Part shown: in pieces, positions 52,101 through 61,230 of the stretch
How the letters are laid out: every line of letters begins with the position of its first letter
Numbering within the stretch: the first letter of the stretch is position 1
The notes under the pieces: generated by a model
Databases searched by the model: none
What the model was told of the DNA's origin: nothing
The model's input: only the letters and a program-made list of their open reading frames with translations
Made by a program: the position numbers and the translations under genes
From: Obrimoposthia wandeli
Taxonomy: Eukaryota
Direction of reading: 5' to 3'
Length of the DNA stretch: 64,000 bases
NCBI GenBank assembly: GCA_977020255.1
Contig: CDROCS010006437.1
Location: forward strand, 1 to 64,000

Positions 52101-55100
52101 ACACTAATTGTTGTGGCCGCAAGATTTAAATCTTTTCCATTATCCCCCCAAACTAAATATTGTTTATTGGCAAGAGTATTTACAGAATTTGTTGAAATAT
52201 TTTCACTATTTGTGGAATAAATATTAGTTAAACCAATAGTTAATATTCCTTGATCAACACCATTGTTTACACTTTTTGATTGTTTTTGATTTAATTCAGA
52301 AGCATCGTCTCTTCCAATACCTGCAATATCAAAATTAAATCCATCATTCACAGATTGATCCCAAATCAGGGTTCCATCAGAATCTACATAGTCTTGAGAT
52401 GTACCATTTACACCTAAAGTAATTCCATATTTAATTCCTAAATAAGATTGAATTCTATTACGCTCCGTTGTTAAATCAACATCATTTTTTGTTGAAGAAT
52501 AAGTTATAACCACAGCACTTCTACCATCAAAACTACCATTCCATAATTGAGATCTTCCTAACCAATATCTCGTATTATTTACTTGAGCAAAATCTGTAAT
52601 TTCAGAAGTACTAGTAGCTATTGATTTTGCATTTAAATATAAATTAACATCACTATTCGTATTATTATGTCTAACATTAATAATACCTATTTGATTGTAA
52701 TTATGTGTCCCTGATTTATCAGATTTTCCATATCCGTCATTTAAACCTCCTGTTGTCCCAATACAATATGTAAATATTTCATCATCAAATCGTTTAGTGA
52801 ATCCTCCATATCCAAAACCTGTTACATCTTCACTATATGTGTTACCACTTGCAGTTGGATCTGTACTTGTAAAGGTGTCTAAAGGAATCATAGAACTTGT
52901 TATTGTTGGATCTGGCATAATAACAACAAACATATCTGTACTATTAAAACCACCTGTTCCTTTTAACTCATCTCTTGATTCTAGATAGGTCATATCTTTT
53001 GAAGCTGTAGTATTATCATTTTCAAAATCAATCACAGGATTAAAGTTCATGTTTCGAGAAATGCTATTTCTATAAACTGGTTCCTGACCAGCAACAACTA
53101 CTTCAGCATGATTTCCTTTTCCATTATCTACCCATTTACTTACATTAGAACCATCAACTGCAATAGTTACTCCATCAACTTTATCTGCCTTTAACCATAA
53201 ATCCAAGTCTGCTGTGATACCTCCCGGAGCTTTTGTTGGAGTTGAAAAAGTAGTTCCAGTAATACTTATATTATCAATATAAATGATATCATCAACTTCA
53301 CCAGCATCGCATCTTACTCTAAATCTTGCTTCATTTGCTATAGGAAATGTATAATTTGTTTTAAATATAGTTGATGTTTTACTATAAAAAAATACTTCTG
53401 AATCAGTACTTTCAAAATCTCCATTTTTATCCACAATATCACCCGATTTAAATGTGTTGATTATTGACCAGGTTGCTCCATCATCGCTACTATATTCAAT
53501 GAAAAAATCATCGTTATTTTCCATGCTATATGCTGAAAAGAAAAACTTAAAATCAACTTTATCGTAGGCATTTAAACTCATTACAGGAGAACAAAATGAA
53601 GAAGCCTCATTAGAATTATCTCTTATTCTATAGCTATAATTACTCAAATATGACCAAGTAGAATCATTAATTCTTGTTGCGTCAGAACCTCCAGAGTTCC
53701 AACCATCAGTTCCTGTTTCAAAATCTTGAGTATATGGTAAAGCAATTATCGTACTACTGCACAAAATGAAATTGTATGCAGCAACAACAGTATCATTGTT
53801 TGCTATCGAAATTGTTGCTGTCTTAATTCCAGCTGATGTAGGATCAAAAGTAATTGTAAATGTTGTACTTCCTGAAGCAGATATTGGAGTTGTTGGGTTT
53901 GATGTTAAAGTAAATTCTGAAGTATCTCCAGTTATAATTATATAAGGACTTGCACTATTTAAAGTTAAATTGGCACTCCCTGTATTCTGAATTGTAAAAG
54001 TATTAGCTATAGTTCCTGAAGTTACCAATGCTGTTCCAAAATCAGTATCATCATTAGTTGATGGTGTTATATCTCCATTTGAAATACTATTTCCATTACC
54101 TACAATATTAATCTCAGGTTGTGGTGCTGCTGATTGAATATTTATGGTATAATCTTCTACTTCTCCATATCCAAAACTTTCACAAGATGATGAATTAGCA
54201 TTATACTTCATTGAAACACGCATTCTCGTATTTCCAGAAACTGCAGTAGCTGGAATGGTAAAGGATCCAGAAACGGATGCTGCAGTTGTTCTAGACCTCG
54301 AATAAACATTTTCTCCTGCATCTGTAAAATCACCATTCTTATTATAATCAATCCAAACATTATAAGCTTCACTAAAGGAACCACCTGTCCAGGTAGGTGT
54401 AATCGTTATTGGATAAATCGACCCAATAGTTAGATCTGTAGAAATTGATGTGAAATCCGAATATCCAGTACTTGTAGTTCCAATACCTGAGGCATTATCA
54501 ATTGTATTTAATTGAACTCTTCCAATAAATTCATCACTTGTACTGTTTCCATTAGAAGCACAATATCCTATAGCCAATACTGCGATTCTTGGAGATGATG
54601 TACAAATACCATTAGTAGCATCAACATAATATGTTGTTGTAGCAGATATTGTTGGTGTTGTAAAACTTGTTCCAGTTCCTAATGAGCTTCCTCCAGTAGA
54701 ACTAGAGTACCAATTAATTGTACCAGCTGATGCAATTGCTCCCAAAGTTGCTGTTCCAGCACCTGAAATAGAACCGTTTGTTGTACTATTAATTGTTGGT
54801 GTTGTTCCAGAGTTAATTGTTACAGTTTTAGATTCAATATTTGTAAAATTACCATCAGTTACACTTAATGACACCAAATAATTTCCATTAATTGAAGGGG
54901 TGAATGATGTTCCAGTTGTAGTCGCTAAATTATTAGCCAATGTACCAGTACTATTTCCAAATATAACATCAACAGAATTAGGATCAGTAACAGTCCATTC
55001 ATAACTTACATTAGTTGCTGCCCCTCCAAACATTCCTAATAAATTTATGTCTTGCCCTCCGCAACTAACAAAAGGACTGGTAGAAGGATTGGTAATTATT

Positions 55101-55675
55101 GCATTAATTGTACCACCACTAGCTACAACCTCACCAAAAGTTAGTACGGTACCTCCTCCACCTCTACAAACAGCGGTTAATTCTCCTCCTATATAAATTT
55201 CAGTATTATTTGAGCAACGACCAATAATATCACCTCCATTATCTATTTGAATTACAGAATTCGTTGGTAAATAAAGCTCAGTTTTATTATGTAAAAACCC
55301 CAAATCTCCTCCATTTAAATACAATAAAGGTGTATTTAAGGTTATTTGTAAGTTTTTTGTCCAACCTACATTTAGCCTTCCATTAACTACTACATTCCCC
55401 ATTGTTGAAGATGTAAAGTTCGTTCTTATATAAATTGTATCACCTGATAAAATTGTTACCGTATAAGACCCTGCATTTTGACCTGGATATGAAATGGCAG
55501 CTACCCAAGATGATCCGTTATAGGTTTCCCAAGAAGAAGATGTTTGCCAATCACCAGCAGTTGTTGAAGATCTAAAGTCTCCACTATTTTGGGCAAATAA
55601 AACTTGAGTAAATAATAAACTTACAGTTATGAAAAATAACTTATATAATTGTCTAGGGCTAGTTTTTTTAGTCAA
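49118..55675 (-). CDS. Large LamG-type T9SS protein (Ig_7-like, GEVED, choice-of-anchor-D-like Ig, jelly-roll, LamG, CTD), split into ORFs 51635..55732, 51097..51600 and 49118..51037
   Basis: Likely start TTG 55675 ([28 protein letters not shown]); GEVEDYT; LWLKAD; Lam[11 protein letters not shown]...WHQVSVIY...IDEVRVWN. Fragments are collinear with the intact paralog 56257..61119; garbled junctions near 51600-51660 and 51040-51100. Confidence 0.8.
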
Positions 55676-56099
55676 TGGATAGGGTTTAAAAAATGGGAGA
55701 AATATTATTGTATTGCAAATTAAAATGCACAACTATTTTAGATAAACTAAGTTTATCTATTTTATTATCAATTAAAAAAAATTGTTTTTGCTTAAGGGTT
55801 TTTCTTTTAAGCGTATTGAAAGATTTCAATAAAGAATTTAATACTGGGGCTAGCATATTTTATATTACTGAATTAGCTTAGGGTTCTCTAAAACAGTGGT
55901 ATAAAGCTAATTTAATTATGCATTTCTATTTTGCGAATTTTACAAAACCACCTCAAAAATATGCAAACTGTTAACTTTTGTCAATAAATGGTTTTATTTA
56001 TTTTTTAAAAATCTACCCATAATCAACAAATAAAGACTGAAAAGCATCTTTTTTGTAATTATTAACTCAATAGCGAAGCTAAAAATAACCATCTTCCAG

Positions 56100-56126
56100 A
56101 AGCACTTATAGAAGATATAAGTGCTT
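56100..56126. terminator. Hairpin ~130 nt downstream of the 56257..61119 gene, possible terminator
   Basis: AAGCACTTATA-gaaga-TATAAGTGCTT perfect 11-bp stem; the U-tail on the minus strand is weak. Confidence 0.45.
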
Positions 56127-56256
56127 TGTAATGAACATCAAAAATATTAACTATGTATGTTTACACTTAAAAAAAGAAGCTAAAGTTGTATAACTTCTAC
56201 CTTATCTGGACACCCATATTCAATAATATCAATAGTTAAACCCTAATAATTTGACT

Positions 56257-59200
56257 TTAATTTATTATAATCTTTTTCTTTAGGATTCCTTTTGTGGTTA
56301 TTATTTGAACAATATAGGCTCCGGTATTTTTATTTAAAGGTATTGAAAATTCCATTTCTTCAAAGCCGTCTTTCCAATTCCCTTCCTTTTGGCCTAAATA
56401 ATTGAATAACTGAATTTCAACTATTTCAAGAGGGTTATTCTTTTTAATTTGTAATACAGAAATTTCATTATTCATAAATACCTGAATTCCTCCTATTTTT
56501 TCTTCTTCTTCATTTATCAAATCACTTTCATCAATAGCAATTATATTTGAAGAAAATATTAATGAAAATCTATCTAAATATTCTCCCGCTATTAAATCTA
56601 ATTCAAAAGGCTGGTTATTAATTAGGTGTATTTCTCCAGTTAAATTATCCTTAATATTAATTTCAATGGTACTGTCAATATTTTGAAGTGAATCAATTTT
56701 TATGCTGATTAAACCATCTTCTTCTAATTTTAAACCTAATGGAAATCCCTTATCTATACTAAAACTATTTACTGCTTGAATTACAAATTTACTATTATTA
56801 AATACCCAAAACATATCATCTTTTCCTAAATCTGGAATTGGTGCATCGTACCCAATATCAAAATTATTGGTTGCATTTTCATCTTCTCCAAGTAATAACT
56901 GACGATAGTACCCTTTTGGAGATTTAAATTGTAGTCTAATTTTTGCTCTTAGATCAATATTGTTTTTTACCTTAGGTTTATTGCTTGTTTTAAAAAATAA
57001 TGATCCTGTATTTGTTCCGGTAAACCTTTCTTTCTCAAAAACTCTTTGACTATTTTTAAAAACAATATCTCCTCCTGAAACAGTAGTAGTTGTACTATCC
57101 AATGCGGCGTCTAACGCAGCGATTACAAAGAACCCTTGGTTTACAGGAATATACCTTTCTGGAATTTTACCACCGGCAGCACCTGTCGCATTAATTCGAC
57201 TGTCGTTTGCGTATGCTTGCGTACCTCCCATTAAAGTATAGGAAGCAAAACCTCCTACATAATCAGCCAAATAATGAGAATTTTCTTGACCAAAATGATG
57301 CCAAAAATACAAAGCTCCATTAAAAACATTAACAGTATTTTGACCTTCATTTGAATTAATTGTTGCCGAAATATTGTCTAATATAAATTCATCCGCATCC
57401 ATAGCTGAAGGATAAGGGTTTCCAATAAGTCGATCATTTCCAACACTTATAGGCAATGTAAAATCACCATTATAAGGTTTCCCTTTAAATACATAGTTTT
57501 GATTATTGGTAACTGCAACAGCACCAGATGCTCCTTTCATTGTGTATCCTTCCCCTGGACTAAGTGAACTTGTTTCATTTATAGCCATCCAACTGTTATA
57601 ATCATCGTGAGTTCCATTAAACTTATAAAACCAGTATGAACTTAAAGTAATTGGATTAGTTGTACCCACATCAGCGGCTGTATAAGCAGATGAAAAAATA
57701 ATATTTTGAGGAGTCGATGAAGTTGATCCATCTAATAAAAATCCTGAAACGGAATGGCTAGTATTTATACTGGACACACCAGTTCCTCTTGTTCCCACAT
57801 TTCCATTTATAGGCCCAACGGATGATGACCAATAATTATAGTTATAGCTATTTGCTGTTCCTTGTTGGTCTCTTTCTAAATATCCACCACTATCTTCATC
57901 TAAAATACTTCCATCATCTTGCACCAATTGTGATTCTCCTACTAAATCTATAACACCATCTAATTCTAAATAATGAGTAACTCTTAAACCTTGACCCGAA
58001 TTCGTTTCATCTTGACTGTCAATTGGATCTGCAATAGTTATTTTTCCAGAATTATTTTTCAATCCTAATAAAGTAATATCTCTATCTCCAGAAGTAATAT
58101 TATGCGATGTTTCAACAATATTCCAATCAATCTTAGTTACACCATTTAAACTTAGAGAATTTGGTATAACTTGATCAGCGCTATTACTCCAAGTTGTTGC
58201 TGCATCCCATACACCATTAGCTGCAGAGATATATGGAGTTGGTATAGACTGTGATTTAACTATTTCTTTGTCTTTATCCAAATATTTCAAACGTAGAAAA
58301 TAGCGACTATCTGTTAATCCTTCAATAGTAGACCCATAAAAAGAATTAAAATCATAATACACTCTAAGACTACTCCAAGGAATTGATGATACAGGGTTAC
58401 TCGCTGCTGCTTGTGGAAGTACTTTACCATCTATATAATCCGTACCACTATTATCAAATCGCTCTATTTCTTGATTCATTAAATATCGTAATTGGTTTTC
58501 TGAAAGTGCAGTATCCCAAACATATACTTCATCAATTTCTCCTAAAAATGGATATACAATGTTATTTTTTTCTAAACATAAAGCTCCTATTGCAAAATGA
58601 TTGTAGTTAGGAGAAGGATGCACAACATTTTGAACCGATTTATCCAAAACACCATCGACATACACTAAAAGTGATCCACTATCATAGATATAGGTTGTAT
58701 GATGCCATTTGTTATCGTTTATCACCATATTAGATGTGTACTTTGGTGTGATATCATCATCTACATATATTTCAATTTTATCAGCACTATTTAGCCTTAT
58801 TTGTAATTTAGTCCCTTTAGACATAAGTGTTCTATTACTCGCATTAGATGCACTTTTAATCCAAGCAGAAATTGTAAACGAATCAATATTTAAATTTAGA
58901 CTAGACTCACCTATTAAAACATCTCCAGAACCTATACTTATGGATCTTTTTCCAGTTAATTGAGCTACCTTTCCAAAAGTAAAAAACTTAGTCCCATCAA
59001 AATCATACCAGGTTTGAAGGTTTGTACCTCCATCAGATTTTAAAGGAATAACATCAATAATATCAGCATTTGTAAAATTTGCATTGTCGGCTACAATTAA
59101 AGCATATTCTTCACTTGCCCCCTTTGAAAAACCACTAAACGCAGCTGTAGGAATAGATACAAAAATGTTTTCAACGTCACCATCTACATCTTCTATAGAT

Positions 59201-61119
59201 TCTACAATTTTCCATTTTCTATCTATGCGTGTAAGCGAAGTTGTTAACCCTGTGGCAATGGTAACCAAATTTGTATTAGTACCTGAATAGGCTCCATCAT
59301 TAGATCCCCAAACCAAAAAATCTCCATCTTTTTTAAATTCATTTGGGTTTATACTATTAGTAACAAATATACCTCCCAAACCGATGGTTACTTCATTGGT
59401 TGTATTTAGTGTTTTTGATTGTTTTTGATTTAAATCTGAAATAGAATCTCTACCGATTCCTGCAACATGATAGTTAAAACCCGCATTCCCAGAAATATCC
59501 CAAACAGATGTTCCAAATGAATTAATATAATCCTTTTCAACTTCAGTAGAGGATCCCAAAGTAATACCATATTTAATTGCCAAATAAGATTCAATTTTTT
59601 GACGACCAGCATCACTTACTCGTGATGCAAAAGTGAAAATTTCTGCAATACGTCCATTTAAACTTCCTTGTGTATCAAAATTTCTACCAATCCAATATTT
59701 ACTTCCACTTACATTTGAAAATGAGATATCGTTAACTGTTGATGTGGTTAAAAGGTTTGAATTGTAAATTATTTCTTGTTTTGTAACAACATCAGCATCA
59801 TTTCTTACATTTATAATACCGGCATTGGAATATGAGGAATTTAATTCTGCTGCTCCATTATAACTTCCTCCTCCAGCAATATTTTGATTGTATGAAAGTA
59901 CTTCATTTGTAAACTCTGTTGAATAATCTCCAAAACCAACACCAGTAATATCACCTGCACTTCCTGACGAAATTCCAGAAAAAATTGTGTTTTTTGAAGA
60001 GGTATTTGTCATGGTAGCATTTGGAATCATAACAATAAATATATCCTCACTATAAAAACCATTAATGTCATTATACAAGTATTCCTCTAAACTACCACCA
60101 TCATTTTCAAAGTTAATAACAGGATTAAAATTAATATTATCTGTAATAGTATCTCTATATGTAGGTTGATTTGCCAATGTACCTTGTGATGCATTCTTTC
60201 CATTTGTTCCTAAATCTTCCCATAAAGAAACTTTAGAACTTGATGCAGTAACTCCTCTGGTTGATTTCAACCACAATCTAAAATCGGCAGTGATACCACC
60301 AGGTCCAGGTATTGAATAATCAAATACCTCAGCACTAACAGTAAATGTAAAGGTAGTGTTATCTGTATTCCCAATACTAATAATACCTGAATGCGTTCCT
60401 CCCGTAGACGGAGCTGTAAACGTAACATTTATAACAATATAGTAATACGGATCAAGCCCTAAGAACGGAATAGTATAAGGAGATGTTACAACAAAATCTC
60501 CATTTGAACTAGTCGCAGAATTAATATCAAGTGGACAACTACCAATATTAACAATAATGAATGTTCTTGTTACCGAATCTCCATCTTCTACAACACCAAA
60601 ATAGGTTCCATTAGTAGCTGATGTGGCTGTATCTCCATGTGCAATATCAGCCCACGGACTTCCTCCCAAAACATAAATTTCTGGCGATGAATTAACCTCT
60701 AAAGTAAAAGTAAAATCTGCTTGCCCCTTAATTTCTATACTAATTAGGGTACTTATGGTTGAGCAACTATCACTTGTATTTTCAATTTCAAAATCAAGAA
60801 ATTTTTTCCCGCCATTACAACTTTGAGGTTTTATATTTCTTTTAGGATTATTAGGGTTTATATCAAAATCAATAGGATTTGAAATATCGACATCCTTAAT
60901 TTTTAGTTTATTACAATTTGATGTTTCTACATTGATAATTCTAAAGGTAAGAGCACTCCCTGCATCAATTGTAATTGTTGAACCTTGAGTTACAACTGCA
61001 CCACCTAAAATATTAACTTGTATCTCCTGAGTATAACCCGTATAATTAACAAATAACCCTAAAAATAGCAGTATGCTAAAAATAATTTTCCTTCTACGTA
61101 TTGCTTTTTTCATCCCCAA
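56257..61119 (-). CDS. Large LamG-like jelly-roll T9SS protein (1620 aa) with N-terminal Ig (choice-of-anchor-D-like) domains
   Basis: Signal-like N-terminus; PEIYVLGG...TYFG Ig; LWLKST; [14 protein letters not shown]; LamG FTISAWIK...WHHTTYIY...IDEVYVWD; CTD ending KKIIIN. Confidence 0.88.
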   Translation of the reverse strand: MGMKKAIRRRKIIFSILLFLGLFVNYTGYTQEIQVNILGGAVVTQGSTITIDAGSALTFRIINVETSNCNKLKIKDVDISNPIDFDINPNNPKRNIKPQSCNGGKKFLDFEIENTSDSCSTISTLISIEIKGQADFTFTLEVNSSPEIYVLGGSPWADIAHGDTATSATNGTYFGVVEDGDSVTRTFIIVNIGSCPLDINSATSSNGDFVVTSPYTIPFLGLDPYYYIVINVTFTAPSTGGTHSGIISIGNTDNTTFTFTVSAEVFDYSIPGPGGITADFRLWLKSTRGVTASSSKVSLWEDLGTNGKNASQGTLANQPTYRDTITDNINFNPVINFENDGGSLEEYLYNDINGFYSEDIFIVMIPNATMTNTSSKNTIFSGISSGSAGDITGVGFGDYSTEFTNEVLSYNQNIAGGGSYNGAAELNSSYSNAGIINVRNDADVVTKQEIIYNSNLLTTSTVNDISFSNVSGSKYWIGRNFDTQGSLNGRIAEIFTFASRVSDAGRQKIESYLAIKYGITLGSSTEVEKDYINSFGTSVWDISGNAGFNYHVAGIGRDSISDLNQKQSKTLNTTNEVTIGLGGIFVTNSINPNEFKKDGDFLVWGSNDGAYSGTNTNLVTIATGLTTSLTRIDRKWKIVESIEDVDGDVENIFVSIPTAAFSGFSKGASEEYALIVADNANFTNADIIDVIPLKSDGGTNLQTWYDFDGTKFFTFGKVAQLTGKRSISIGSGDVLIGESSLNLNIDSFTISAWIKSASNASNRTLMSKGTKLQIRLNSADKIEIYVDDDITPKYTSNMVINDNKWHHTTYIYDSGSLLVYVDGVLDKSVQNVVHPSPNYNHFAIGALCLEKNNIVYPFLGEIDEVYVWDTALSENQLRYLMNQEIERFDNSGTDYIDGKVLPQAAASNPVSSIPWSSLRVYYDFNSFYGSTIEGLTDSRYFLRLKYLDKDKEIVKSQSIPTPYISAANGVWDAATTWSNSADQVIPNSLSLNGVTKIDWNIVETSHNITSGDRDITLLGLKNNSGKITIADPIDSQDETNSGQGLRVTHYLELDGVIDLVGESQLVQDDGSILDEDSGGYLERDQQGTANSYNYNYWSSSVGPINGNVGTRGTGVSSINTSHSVSGFLLDGSTSSTPQNIIFSSAYTAADVGTTNPITLSSYWFYKFNGTHDDYNSWMAINETSSLSPGEGYTMKGASGAVAVTNNQNYVFKGKPYNGDFTLPISVGNDRLIGNPYPSAMDADEFILDNISATINSNEGQNTVNVFNGALYFWHHFGQENSHYLADYVGGFASYTLMGGTQAYANDSRINATGAAGGKIPERYIPVNQGFFVIAALDAALDSTTTTVSGGDIVFKNSQRVFEKERFTGTNTGSLFFKTSNKPKVKNNIDLRAKIRLQFKSPKGYYRQLLLGEDENATNNFDIGYDAPIPDLGKDDMFWVFNNSKFVIQAVNSFSIDKGFPLGLKLEEDGLISIKIDSLQNIDSTIEINIKDNLTGEIHLINNQPFELDLIAGEYLDRFSLIFSSNIIAIDESDLINEEEEKIGGIQVFMNNEISVLQIKKNNPLEIVEIQLFNYLGQKEGNWKDGFEEMEFSIPLNKNTGAYIVQIITTKGILKKKIIIN

Positions 61120-61137
61120 ATATCTTAATATACGTTC

Positions 61138-61180
61138 CCAATGTACTTAAAATAAATGAATTACAACCAAATGAATTACA
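61138..61180 (-). promoter_or_regulatory. Promoter with an overlapping 12-bp direct repeat upstream of the LamG gene
   Basis: AAATGAATTACA at 61154-61165 and 61169-61180; minus-strand TTTG (61168-61171) and TACATTGG (61138-61145) resemble -33/-7 boxes. Confidence 0.5.
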
Positions 61181-61230
61181 TAATAACATAAATAAAAGGT
61201 TTGTTATATAATGTAATTGGTGAATAAGTG

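Noticed and set aside
55693-56256. tRNA, ncRNA or small gene in the largest intergenic gap
   Set aside because: No cloverleaf or T-loop signature; the 62-aa plus ORF overlaps the LamG leader and has no recognisable features.
49118-61119. Diversity-generating retroelement (template/variable repeat between the LamG paralogs)
   Set aside because: No reverse transcriptase in the window; similarity is protein-level paralogy rather than near-identical DNA with adenine-specific mismatches.
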